Source: Cetorhinus maximus
Taxonomy: Eukaryota
Length of the DNA: 64,000 bases
Assembly (NCBI RefSeq): GCF_964194155.1
Contig: NC_135901.1
Location: 5,394,001 to 5,458,000 of the forward strand
Direction: 5' to 3'
Part shown: piece after piece, positions 12,396-24,218 of the stretch
How positions within the stretch are numbered: position 1 is the stretch's first letter
Layout: each line of letters begins with the position of its first letter
Program-made: the position numbers and the translations under genes
The notes under the pieces: generated by a model
The model's input: the letters and a program-made list of their open reading frames with translations, nothing else
The model's database searches: none
What the model was told of the DNA's origin: nothing

Positions 12396-12404
12396 ATCAA
12401 GTGA
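12396..12404 (+). CDS. IGHM: IgM TM2 exon coding part (IK-stop)
   Basis: cctcttttacag|ATC AAG TGA; cytoplasmic tail KIK. Confidence 0.9.
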   Translation: MK

Positions 12405-12818
12405 CCCGTTGAATTTTGGACACCGTAGATTTTCCTCAGCCGTTTATTGAGATCTCTGTATTACGAATTTAAAATATGTCCTCTCGGTGAATCTAAAAAT
12501 TAAATACCTTCAGTTCATGTTTCCGAATTTGTAACTAAGACAGTCATGGACGGTATTTCCGCTTCTCTGTTTGAAATGTGCGAGATAATTATGGCTGTGT
12601 TGTAATTGTAGCTTATAATTCCCCAGTAGTTTGAATTCCATGTGTAAATAAGTAGCTTTCCTCATTCCTCATTCACAATTATTCCCTTCCCTTTATGTTG
12701 AGCTCCGGTTTTCTCTTTCTGGTCTCTGTCACAGCTGTACATACAGTTGGCAGCTCAGAGCGAATGTGTTCTGTTCTCAGTGTGACTCAGTCATCATATT
12801 CAGTCCAGTTGACTTTAA

Positions 12819-12860
12819 AATAAACTTTTCTGTAAAATGTTCTCCGAAATTGTTAATAAA
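12819..12860 (+). terminator. Membrane-form polyadenylation signals
   Basis: AATAAA at 12819 and 12855 downstream of TM2. Confidence 0.6.
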
Positions 12861-12989
12861 TCATGAATGTGAAACGAACGGACTTTGCTGAACTCCTTTC
12901 CCCCAGGCCCATCGACACCGCTCCATTTCCCCATTACACTGTTTCCTGCCTTTCCCAGATTTTTTTTAACCATTTCTGTTTGGGATGTG

Positions 12990-13091
12990 AATCAAAAACA
13001 CAAAATGCTGGAAAAGCTCAGCAGGCCCAACAGCATCTGTGGAGAAAAAAAAGAGTTAACGTTTCGAGTCCTCATGACTCTTCTTCAGAGC
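12990..13091 (-). mobile_element. Penelope terminal-repeat fragment with minimal hammerhead motif
   Basis: Reverse complement CTGAAGA-A-GAGTC-ATGAG-GACTC-GAAA-CGTT-AACTC; homologous to 35116-35215. Confidence 0.7.
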
Positions 13092-13409
13092 CCAAGGTCC
13101 TTCAGTGAAAGAGTCACTGCGCCATCCAGCGACCCATCGGTGTTACTACACCTTTACCTCTACCTTTTTATGGCAAACTTCAGAGCCAGGATGATTGCAC
13201 AGCGAGGGGAACCTCGGTGATTTCACTCATACTCAGGCCTGTCACAGTCACATGTCAGGTAATTGTAAACAGCAGGGATCTGCTTCATCAGAGGCCCATA
13301 CAGGACAGTATATGGAGGACGAAAGTTTCCTTTACACTGTCCCATCTAACACTCCCAGGGTCGGTGCAGCAGGGGTTAGATAGGGAATAAAAGTTTTTTT
13401 TATCTCTTT

Positions 13410-13720
13410 ATCCTTTCATGAGGTGTGGGTGTCGCTGGCAAGGCCGCCCAGAACAGCCAGGCTTCCAAGGCCATTTCAGAGGGCAGTTAAGTGTCAGTCA
13501 GGTTGCTGTCGACCTGGAATCACATGTCGACCAGGCTGGGTAAGGATGGCAGATTCCCTTCACTAAAGGACATTCGTGCAGCAGACGGGTTTTTACGACA
13601 ATCGGTGATAGTTGTCATGGTCACCATTACTGAGGCTAGTTTTCAATCCCAGGTTTTAATAATTGAAGTCACATTCCAGCAGCTGCCATGTTGGGATTTG
13701 AACCCATGCGCCCAGAGCAT
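13410..13720 (-). mobile_element. tRNA-derived shark SINE
   Basis: B-box-like gggatttgaacccat; body homologous to 25300-25580 and 25700-26020. Confidence 0.7.
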
Positions 13721-14058
13721 TCGCCTGGACTCTCTCCACCTTGTCCAATTAAACACTCACAAGGCAGAGACGTCACAATCCACCTTCTCAATGCAATTAG
13801 GGATGGGCAATAAATGCTGGCCCAGAGAGCCACGCCCACATCGCATAAATGAATAACAAAAAATACACAAATACCGCAGACTGAACCATTGACACAAACC
13901 ATGGGAGATTCCTGGAGACTAGGGCCGATCTGACACAAACACATTATCGAGCAGTAATCCTGCAAATTATTACCACAGTTTGGGGCTTATTAGGAACACC
14001 AGGGAGCACAAATCGTGGAAATTCCCAGGCCCTGCGGCCTGCCAGGCGCAACAGCAAA

Positions 14059-14310
14059 TGAATTCACGGAACATCACCCCAGAGATCCTCTCTCCCTGCT
14101 CCATTTCCTCTCATACCTTTCTTCTGAACTCACTGAACATCACCCTAGGGATACTCTCTCCCTTCTCCAGTCACTCTGAAACCATCCTCCTGAACTCACT
14201 GAAGATCACCCCAGGGATCCTCTCTCCCTACTCCATTCCCTCTGATACCATCCTCCTGAACTGACTGAACATCACTCCAGGGATCCTCTTCCTCTGCTCC
14301 ATTTCCAGGC
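14059..14310. repeat. 66-bp tandem repeat, ~4 copies
   Basis: tgaactcactgaacatcaccc-like starts at 14059, 14125, 14191, 14257. Confidence 0.85.
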
Positions 14311-14589
14311 CTGCTTTTATCCAGTAACCTCCCACACAAATAGTTTTCCAATATTTATTTTTGTAAATGGGATAAATCATATCAAACATGTGCATAACAT
14401 CCAGCCCAATAGAAATATTGGGTTCAAAACAACAAATAGAAATTGATTCTATGATTGCACATATAGAACTGGAACACACCATCGCACCGAGTGAATCCAC
14501 TGTCAGTTTACATGTTGCTCAGTGAAAATTTCAATCATCCTTGACTTTTTCGCATTTGGGCACTGAGCCGGAAAGCAGTCTGGACTCAA

Positions 14590-15240
14590 AGAACATGTGA
14601 ACATATGAACTCGGAGCAGGAGTAGGATACTCGGCCCTTCAAGCCTTCTCCGCCATTCAACAAGATCACGGCTGATCTGATTGAAACCTGCTGCTTACCC
14701 CGATCACCTTTCACCCCCTTGTTGATCAAGAATCAATCTAGCTGTGCCTTAAAAATATTCAAAGACTCTGCTTCCACTGCCTTTTGAAGGAGAGAGTTAC
14801 AAGTACTCACGACTGTCTGAGAAAAAACTTCTCTCATCTCTGTCTTAAATGAGCGACCCCTTACTTTTAAAGTGACCCCTAGTTCTAAATTTTCCAACAA
14901 GACGAAAGATCCTCTCCACATCCACCCTGTCAAGACCCCTCAGGATCTGAAAGATTTCGATCAAGTCGCCTCTTAACCTTCTAAACTCCAGCGGATGCAG
15001 GCCTTGCCTGCCACCTTTCCTCATAAGACAAGCCGCCCATTCTTGGTATTAGCTCAGTAAGCCTTCTCTGAACTGCTTCTAACGCATTTACATTTTCCTT
15101 AAATAAGGAGGCCAGTACTCTACACTGTACTCCTGATATCACTGTCCTATACAACTGAAGTATAACCTTCTTACTTCAATTCCCCTCACAGCAAATGATA
15201 GCGTTCTATTAGCTTTCCTAATTACTTGTTGTGCCTAAAT
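14590..15240 (-). mobile_element. CR1 LINE 3' fragment
   Basis: LKVRGRSFKTEMR..NSLLQKAVEAESLNIFKAQLD. Confidence 0.85.
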
Positions 15241-15414
15241 AGTTCAGCATTTTTTTCAATTTCTGTCAGACCTTCTTAATAGCTTTGCACATCTGGAAAG
15301 TATTCTCCCATGTCCTATCCTTGTTACCCTGACGTGTCTAAATCTCTTCACAGCCGAGATACTCCTCCCCACAGTTTACATTTCCACCGCTTCAATCAGC
15401 TAAACTTTATCCAT

Positions 15415-15493
15415 AGGCACCAGCAGGGATCGAACTCACAGCATCTGGTTTGATAAGTCCACTATTTTAACCACGGGTTACGCCAACAGCGCC
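15415..15493 (-). pseudogene. Degenerate tRNA-like sequence (Thr-like ends)
   Basis: Reverse complement GGCGCTG...TGGTTAAA...GAGTTCGATCCCTGCTGGTGCCT; acceptor ends and B box recognisable, anticodon arm decayed. Confidence 0.5.
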
Positions 15494-16134
15494 AGAAAGG
15501 TTAAGGCCCTCTTCCAACTTTTAAACCTACTGTTATTTTCTGTGCCATGTACTATGAAGATGCACAACGAAAGTGAGTAAAGTTTATGATGGTAAAAATG
15601 CATTCATCCCCCTCGGGGAACTGAATCACATTGACACACGCAGAGGAACACACACAGACATAGACACCGATAGAGACAGCGGCCTAAGGAGAGACAAACA
15701 TCCAGAAAGCAGGGATGTCACCAAATTGGCTCCGTTTTTGTTCCATTTGCAACTGCAAATTTGGTGTATGCCAACAGATGAACGTAAATGAAAAATACCG
15801 GGAAGCGTTTGAAAGGTATTTTAGTCCATTTAATAGATAATAAGTTCTGTAACTCATTCTTAAAACAGGAACAGTGAGAAATGTAAACTAATAAATGTAG
15901 ATTGCAGGTTCAAAATGTCGGATTTTCACTCTAAAGCGTTTCAAACCCATTACATAAGCAAGTCAGTTCCGTACATCGTCGCCATGTACCTTTTAATGTT
16001 CTGTACATAAAACGACAGAGGGGTTACAGAAGGGAACGAAGAAATGCAGCCCCATCTATTCCTGGCTGTCCTGCAATTTCTGCTACCTCTCCTCGATCTT
16101 TCCGCCAGAATGGAGCACTGCACACCGAGCGCAC

Positions 16135-16490
16135 ACAGGGGGGACATGATTGAGGTGCATAAAATTATGAGGGGCATAATAGGGCACACAGGAACGAACT
16201 TTTCCCCTTGGTGGACGGATTTTAAGGTAAAGGGTAGGAAGTTTAGAGGGGATGCGAAGATGAATTTTCTCACCCAGAGGGTGGTGGGAATCTGGAACTC
16301 ACTGCCTGAAAGGGTGGTAGAGGCAGAAACCCTCATAACATTTAAGAAGTATTTGGATGTGCACTTGCGATGCCATGGTATACAAGGCTATGGGCCTAGT
16401 GCTGGAAAATGGGATTAGAATAGTTAGGTATTTGTTTGACCGGCGCAGACTCGATGGGACGAAGGGCCTTTCTCTGTGCTGCAGCCCTTT
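16135..16490 (+). mobile_element. CR1 LINE 3' fragment
   Basis: GDMIEVHKIMRG..TQRVVGIWNSLPERVVEAETL..GYGPSAGKWD. Confidence 0.88.
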
Positions 16491-16550
16491 CCAACTCAAT
16501 GACTGAAGGGTGTGGCAAAATTGATTCAAAATACGGACAGTCTGAAACTC

Positions 16551-16632
16551 TGGCAGCGATGGGATTTCAAGCCACGCCTCCATAGAGTCTGAAACTTAAA
16601 TCCAGCGCCTTAGACCGCTCGGCCACTGCGAC
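16551..16632 (-). pseudogene. tRNA-Leu pseudogene (TAG/AAG-type body, loop reads TAA)
   Basis: Reverse complement ..GTGGCCGAGCGGTCTAAGGCGCTGGATTTAAGTTTCAGACTCTATGGAGGCGTGGCTTGAAATCCCATCGCTGCCA; B box and acceptor stem damaged. Confidence 0.8.
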
Positions 16633-18070
16633 GTCTAAAATTGTCATTGCCTTGACTGGAAATTTCAAACGCCGTCCACTTTGTAACGCTCAGTAACTGA
16701 ACGGCCTCCAATGTAAAAACATACAGAAAGAAACAATCTCCTCTTGCATCTTCCCAACCTGCTTTTTCTCCCTGAACCTTTTTAATATGAAGCTACACAA
16801 CTAATGTGAATGAAGTTTGCGATGGTAAAATGCGTCCACCCCCTCGTGGAACTGAACCGAATTGATATATTCCAGATCCGAACCACTCGCTGTGCAACAT
16901 AGAAGCCCCTTTAAAATTGTAACCTTTATTTTCTGTTTCCTCTCCTCTCCGACGAAAATGAATCACTTCACACTTCCGTACATTAAATTTCAGCTGCCAC
17001 TTGTCCGTCCAAATGGATTTGTTGAAGAACCCGAAAGGAGAACCGACTCAAACTGGGAATGAAAGAGTGAGAATGAAAGAAGAAGAGACGTGACGGGTTT
17101 TGTCGATCCCGGGGGAAAGAGACTCCGGGATCAGTTCATTGTGACAGTTCACACAGCAACAAGAAAACAACATTCCCTGATGAGGGCTAACCCCGGGCGG
17201 CAGGAGCGGGAGCGCCGAATAACAGCCTGTTTAGTTAAAACACAGAAGACTTGTTCAGCCAATAACAGCATCGAGTGTGTTCCACATGAACATGAAGTGA
17301 ACAGTGAGGGGAAATAGTGCCACAAGCTGCGGAGGGACAACTTTCAATTTCCAAACCCACCAACAAAATCAATGCGGCTCCTCTGAAACTTTCAAGGCAA
17401 ATACTGATCCTTTATAAGGTGCCGTTCCCAGAACTATCCACAGTCCTCCAGGTGTGACCTAACCAGGGCTTTGTGTAGCTGCAGCAAACCTTTCCCTCTT
17501 TTCTAAAACAGTCTCTGTAACAGTTTGTACAGCAAGGGAAATTAGATTGTATAGAGCGACTGAGAAAAACGAGGACATGCTTGATCTGAAACAATCTCAT
17601 TGGAAAGTTCGGTATGAAATCAGTTGCATAAATACATTTTTGGTTCAAAAATTATATCGGAATCTAAAGTCCAACCCTTGATGTCTTTGGGTCTGGGAAA
17701 CTTTGTTAATGATTACACAGTGCGCATGGACACTGCAGAAACTCCTGCACCTCTTTCAATATTGTTTCTCTTCACTCAGAGTTTTCAAAAGGGAACTGAA
17801 AGGGAAGAAAAATCAGGGTTATGGAAAAAGAGAAGGAAATTAGGGCGAATTGGAAAGCTCTTTGTAAAAAAACTGACATAGACACGATGGGCCGAATTGT
17901 CTCCTAATGTGCTGTGTCATTTTATGACGACATTGCTAAGTCAGTCTGATTCCAGAATTACTGATTGTAGCAGCTGAATTCCATTTCTTCCAAACAAAGA
18001 CCCAAAGTGCTGCTGCATGACCACGCAGGTTAACATTGTGGACAGGTCCATTGGGTTTCGGCAGCACAGT

Positions 18071-18143
18071 GATTCTGTCGTGTGGTGCTTATCACGTTCG
18101 CCAAACACACAAAAAGACCCCGTTTTGAAATTGGGCAGAAACA
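18071..18143 (+). pseudogene. tRNA-Val(AAC) pseudogene
   Basis: GATTCTGTCGTGTGGTGCTTATCACGTTCGCCAAACAC...GGGCAGAAACA; 5' flank is homologous to the flanks of the downstream Val array. Confidence 0.8.
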
Positions 18144-18569
18144 CTATCAAAAACTGCACATTTAAATGTGAAGAGAAGTTCGATAATTCACTTGTGTTGT
18201 TAAATATTAAATACAGTATCTTACAGCCACGTGGCAATTGCTCTTCCAGATGCGCTGAAAAACATCCCACAAACGAAAAAGAAGCACATTTCATGATACA
18301 CGAAACAGTAAAGGTTATGAATCATTTTCAACTGTCACTCGGTAGACGTATTAGCAGTTTGTTTACAGATGCAGATTAACATAATTACTCTCCGTCTCAA
18401 AGATGGCTAATAGCAATGAGTGCTCCTAAAGACTAGCAAGACAAGCGATACTGTAATTGAAACCGAGGAAATGGCAGATATGCCACAGAATCACTTTGTA
18501 TCGGTCTTCAGAATAGAGGAAGAGGAAAAACTACCAAGGAACCGAGGAAGCCACGACTCGGTGCAGGTC

Positions 18570-18910
18570 TGGTGACATCCCTCCTTTCATATTCAGTACG
18601 GAAAAAAGAGACATGAACGGGATGTAGGCGCCAGAATGTAAAAGATGCCATGAACCTATTTGAAAGAAGAGCAGGGGAGTTCTCCCCGCTTCCTGGTCAA
18701 TGTTTATCCCTCAATCAACGTCACAAAGACACATTCTCCGCTCATTATGACGTTAATGTTTGTGGGAGTTTGCTGAGCGGTGATTGGCAGCCGTGTTTCC
18801 GACATTGCCACAATGACGACACTTCACAATGTCCTTCATTGACTGGAAAGTGATTTGAGACGTCCGCTGGTCGGGAAAGGTGCTATGTAAATTCAAGCCT
18901 GTCTTTATTT
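18570..18910 (+). mobile_element. DeuSINE (SacSINE/AmnSINE-like Deu domain)
   Basis: ctatttgaaagaagagcaggggagttctcccc..tttatccctcaatcaac..tgtttgtgggagtttgctg matches the Deu core. Confidence 0.7.
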
Positions 18911-20768
18911 AATTATCATAAACCCCAGTCCTCTGGTGACTGACCCTCGAGAGTGGAAACAGTTTCTCCCTAACTGCTCTATCAAACCATCCGCCGCCGA
19001 TCCCTTCCTCAGCCCAATAATTTTAAACAACACCATGAAAACTCGGTTTAACCTGCTTTGATCTAAAGAAAACGATCCCAGCTTTTAAAGTCTCTCCACA
19101 AAACTAAATGTGTTCACCCCTGAACATGGTGCAAGGCGGAACATTGTGACGAGATTTTGGAAAGTGTTGTTCGTTGGCAGGTGGAAAAATAGAGGAGGAA
19201 CCAAAACAGGAAACCCAGTCTCCAGTTCTATGAATAATTACAAACTCTTTAGGAAACGGAATCAGGGGAGAATGAAGGGTGAGCTGTCCGACTGACCAGG
19301 GCCTATCCGGAATGTTAAGCCATGCTGTCATGCAGCAGCACTCTGGGTCTCTGTTTCGGTGAAATGGAATTCAGCTGGTATTATCAGGGAGGCTGCAGAA
19401 AGATTCATATAACAATGTAATCATAAAACGGCAAAGCACCATGTATCTATTCAATGGCATACGGGGCCCTTCCATAATCCTGTCTCGATCAGCTTTTTTA
19501 AGAGCAAACGAATTAATCTCAGTTTCCTTCCCTCTTTTAGTAAACCTGTTATTATTCTGAATATCAATTAATTGCACAATTCCCTTTTGAAAAAGGAGAT
19601 TCTGCAGATTCCATGCCTAGTTTACCTTAATTAACACTGTTTCCCTCACCCAATGCCATGAAGATTTAGACTAGTGCGTCTTACATAGCTATGCATATGA
19701 ACATTATTTACTTTTTCTATTGATTTCATATAGAATTGACAAAAGTGCTTATTTTTCTGATCAAACATCTCATTATTTTTGAGTTGATCTATACAATCTA
19801 ATTACATTTGCTCCACAAACGGCTAATCGAGGGTGTTATATCACAGTGGGAAATCATTGTTACAGTTCAACAGAGACCTGCCAAGATCAAAGGCTGGCAT
19901 AGTTTGTTTCGTTCGTTTGGTTTAAAATGCATTTGTTCTGGGAAGGTAATCTTACAGAATACATATCTGTTTAGGAAAAAGTGTTGATATACCAGAATGT
20001 TTGGAGGATTCCAATGGTTAGACTGAGTGGTCATGTCATTTGTTACAGGAAGACAACTCTTGGTTTCCACCTGGTGCCTCAGTTTGTTTGAATTTCAAAA
20101 TGCAGAAGGCTCGGTCCAGCAAATGTCTTAGGCAGCAATGCTTTCTGCTCAATTATTATGAACACACTTCTCCTCCTGAGCAGAAGAAATTCAACAAACT
20201 TTTCTCAGCAATTTTTTACCTTATTCACCATTCAGTATTAATGTATTTGATATTGATGCCCTTGGTTGACTTGAGGCTCTCTGAAATAGACAACATCGAA
20301 TTGCAAACATGACTGGCAAACAAAAGAATGTAAGTCACCAGGTAATGCATTTGATATGGGTCTGATTTGAGATGTAGCACAACAGTCAGCATTTCAACAA
20401 AATCAAAGAATTTTACAGGGAACAGGCTTGAGAATGATGCGTTAATTAGATCTGATCCCTCTTTGTCTGTCTTTATGAGCACACATCACACTGAGACACT
20501 TTTGACATGGTGAGTAACTTTCTTAAGCTGCATCGAAAGATCCTTTGATTTATCTTGTTGACTAAACGAGCTGCTAATATGTGAGCGCAGTGAAATACGA
20601 ACATCTATCCACTCAAGTGTGTCATGGAATCTCAGCACGTGCTGATTTTGCTGCATTCATTTTGTGACCTCGGTGAGAGCAAATGCAATATTGCCTGCAA
20701 CATGAGAGATTCAGGTAAGCTTCAACGACGCAAATTATCCTCAATATTTAACGAGTAAGTTTTCATAA

Positions 20769-20841
20769 TGTTTCTGCCTGGTTTCGAACCGGGGACTTTT
20801 CGCGTGTGAGGCGAACGTGATAACCACTACACTACAGAAAC
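20769..20841 (-). tRNA. tRNA-Val(CAC), one T-stem mismatch
   Basis: GTTTCTGTAGTGTAGTGGTTATCACGTTCGCCTCACACGCGAAAAGTCCCCGGTTCGAAACCAGGCAGAAACA. Confidence 0.88.
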
Positions 20842-22075
20842 TGCCACGGATTGAATGATCCTGTCCGGAATGCTAAACTGCGCTGTAACTCAGCAGCAAT
20901 CTGGATCTGTATTGCGGAGAAATGGAATACAGCTGCTGTTCTCAGGAACGCTGCAGCGAGACTGATGTAACAATGTAATCAGAAAATGGCCTAGCACCAT
21001 GTATCCAAACAATGGCAAAAGAGGCCCTCCCAACATCCGATCTCACGTCCCTTTTGAAACGAGAAAACTAATTCATCACAATTTGCTTCTCTCTCTAAAT
21101 GATCTATTTCTTCTCCCTTTCATTAAGTTACTCAATTCTCTTTTGAAAAAGTCGTTTCTGCAGAATCCATGCCTGGTTTGCCTTAATTCACAAGGTTCAC
21201 ATGACGATTTGGACTTGGGTTCCTAATATACTTTACCAGATGAACATGACGTAATTATGCAATTGATCTCATATCGAATTTACGAAAGTGTTATTTTTAA
21301 CCTTTCTATTTTTACAATCTTGTTACTTTTGCTCCATACCCCTTCAACCGAGGGTGCGATATTACAGAGGAAAATGTTTGTTCCGGAGTTTAACAGGGCC
21401 CTGCCAAGATCGCAGGCTTCAATTGTTCGTTTACTTCATTTGGTTTGAAATAATTTTGTTCCTGGACTGGAATCTAACAGAGGACAAATATTTGTGGAAC
21501 AAACAGGGCAGTGCTGAGCTACCAGGGTGTTTGGAGGTTTTCAATCGTTGGACAATCCATGTCACTTGTTGAAGGGAAGCAACTGTTGATTTCACCCTGG
21601 TGCCTCAGCTTGTTTTGAATTTCAAAATGTAGACGTGTCCGTCCAGCAAATGTCTCCGGGTGCAATGCTTTCTGCTCAATCATTAGGAACATCCTTCTCA
21701 TCCTTGGAAGACGAAATTAAAGAAACTCATTATTTGTTCCGTTATTCTATATTTAATATTCATATTTTAACTGTTATTGATGCCTTCGTCTGAATTGAGA
21801 CTCTCTGAAATATACACCAGCCCCGAATTGCAAACATGACTGATAGACGAAAGAATGTCAGTCAACAGGTAATGCAAATCATATGGTGCTCATTTGAAAT
21901 TGAGCGCAGTTAGCTTTTAAACAGAATCCAAGAATTTTACTGGGAACAGAATGATGCTTGAGAATGATGCGTTAATTAGATCTGATCACTCTTTGTCTGT
22001 CTTTGTGAGCACACGTTACAATGAGACATATTTGACATGGTGAGTAACTGTGTTAAGCTGCATCGAAATACGTAC

Positions 22076-22358
22076 TGATTTTGCTGCAGATAAAAGCAAA
22101 CAAATGCGGGTGCTGAAAATCCAAAACAAAAATAAAAATACCTGGAAAAACTCAGCAGGTCTGGCAGCATCTGCGGAGAGGAACACAGTTTCGAGTCCGT
22201 ATGACTCTTCAACAGAACTAAGTAAAAATAGAAGAGGTGAAATATAAAATCGCATCTCTCTTATATATTTCACCTCTTTTCTATTTATTAACTGTGTTCC
22301 TCTCCGCAGATGCTGCAAGACCTGCTGAGTTTTTGCAGGTATTTTGATTTTGCTGCAC
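22076..22358. mobile_element. Fold-back Penelope-terminus insertion with TSD tgattttgctgca
   Basis: Inverted arms; duplicated 13-mer at both ends; single copy of the 13-mer at the empty site ~20643. Confidence 0.8.
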
Positions 22359-22469
22359 GCGTTTTATGACCTCGGTGAGAGCAAATGCATTATGCCTGCA
22401 ACAGTGGAGATTCAGGTAAGCTTTAACGATGCAAATTATCCTCACAATTTAATGAGTAAGTTTTCATAA

Positions 22470-22542
22470 TGTTTCTACCCGGTTTCGAACCGGGGACCTT
22501 TCGCGTGTGAGGCGAACGTGATAACCACTACACTACAGAAAC
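22470..22542 (-). tRNA. tRNA-Val(CAC)
   Basis: GTTTCTGTAGTGTAGTGGTTATCACGTTCGCCTCACACGCGAAAGGTCCCCGGTTCGAAACCGGGTAGAAACA; full cloverleaf, intact A and B boxes. Confidence 0.93.
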
Positions 22543-23743
22543 TGCCACGGCTTTAATGATCCTGTCTGGAATGCTAAACTGCGCTGTAACTCAGCAGCAA
22601 TCTGAATCTATATTGCGGAGAAATGGAATACAGCTGCTATTCTCAGGAACGCTGCAGCGAGACTGATGTAACAATGTAATCATAAAATGGCCGAGCACCA
22701 TTTATCCAAACAATGGCAAAAGAGGCCCTCCCAACATCCGAACTCAGGTCCCTTTTGAAACGAGAAAACTAATTCATCAAAATTTGCTTCTCTCTCTAAA
22801 TGATCTATTTCTTCTCCCTTTCATTAAGTTACTCAATTCTCTTTTGAAAAAGTCGTTTCTGCAGAATCCATGCTTGGTTTGCCTTAATTCACAAGGTTCA
22901 CATGACGATTTGGACTTGGGTTCCTAATATATTTTACCAGATGAACATGATGCAATTGATCTCATATCGAATTTGCGAAAGTATTATTTTTAACCTTTCT
23001 ATTTTTACAATCTTGTTACTTTTGCTCCATACCCTTTCAACCGAGGTTGCGATATTACAGAGGAAAATGTTTGTTCCGGAGTTTAACAGAGCCCTGCCAA
23101 GATCGCAGGCTTCAATTATTCGTTTACGTCATTTGGTTTGAAATAATTTTGTTCCTGGACCGGAATCTAACAGAGAATAAATATTTGTGTAACAAACAGG
23201 GCAGTGCTGAGCTACCAGGGTGTTTGGAGGTTTCCAATGGTTGGACTGAGGGTCCATGTCACTTGTTGCAGGGAAGCAACTGTTGATTTCACCCTGGTGC
23301 CTCAGCTTGTTTTGAATTTCAAAATGTAGACGTGTCCGTCCAGCAAATGTCTCCGGGTGCAATGCTTTCTGCTCAATCATTAGGAACATCCTTCTCATCC
23401 TTGGAAGACGAAATTAAAGAAACTCAGTATTTGTTCCGTTATTCTATATTTAATATTCATATTTTATCCGTTATTGATGCCTTCGTCTGAATTGAGACTC
23501 TCTGAAATATACACCAGCCCCGAATTGCAAACATGACTGATAGACGAAAGAATGTCAGTCAACAGGGAATGCAAATCACATGGTGCTCATTTGAAATTAA
23601 ACAAAATCCGAGAATTTTATTGGGAACAGGCTTGAGAATGATGCGTTAATTAGATCTGATCACTCTTTGTCTTTGTGAGCACACCTTACAATGAGACACC
23701 TTTGACATGGTGAGTAACTGTTAAGCTGCATCGAAAGACGTAC

Positions 23744-24033
23744 TGATTTTGCTGCAGATAAAAGCAAAAAACTGCGGGTGCTGGAAATCCAAAACAAAAA
23801 TAAAAATACCTGGAAAAACTCAGCAGGCCTGGCAGCATCTGCGGAGAGGAACATAGTTAACGTTTCGAGTCCGTATGACTCTTCAACAGAACTAAGATAA
23901 AATAGAAAAGAGGTGAAATATAAAATCGCATATATCTTTTATATTGCACCTCTTTTCTTTTTATTAACTGTGTTCCTCTCCGCAGATGCTGCCCGGCCTG
24001 CTGAGTTATTGCGGGTATTCTGATTTTGCTGCA
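23744..24033. mobile_element. Fold-back Penelope-terminus insertion (co-duplicated copy)
   Basis: Same structure and TSD as 22076-22358. Confidence 0.8.
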
Positions 24034-24145
24034 CGTGTTTTATGACCTCGGTGAGAGCAAATGCATTATGCCTGCAACATTGGAGATTCAGGTCAGCTTT
24101 AACGATGCAAATTATTCTCACAATTTAATGAGTAAGTTTTCATAA

Positions 24146-24218
24146 TGTTTCTACCCGGTTTCGAACCGGGGACCTTTCGCGTGGTAGGCGAACGTGATAA
24201 CCTCTACACTACAGAAAC
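24146..24218 (-). tRNA. tRNA with Val body and ACC anticodon (nominal Gly)
   Basis: GTTTCTGTAGTGTAGAGGTTATCACGTTCGC-CTACCAC-GCGAAAGGTCCCCGGTTCGAAACCGGGTAGAAACA. Confidence 0.8.

Noticed and set aside
13980-14264. 22-aa repeat ORF suggesting an LRR exon
   Set aside because: No LxxLxLxxN consensus, stop in the fourth unit, no splice context
18065-18115. CACAGTG heptamer as an RSS
   Set aside because: No nonamer at 12 or 23 spacing; overlaps the tRNA pseudogene
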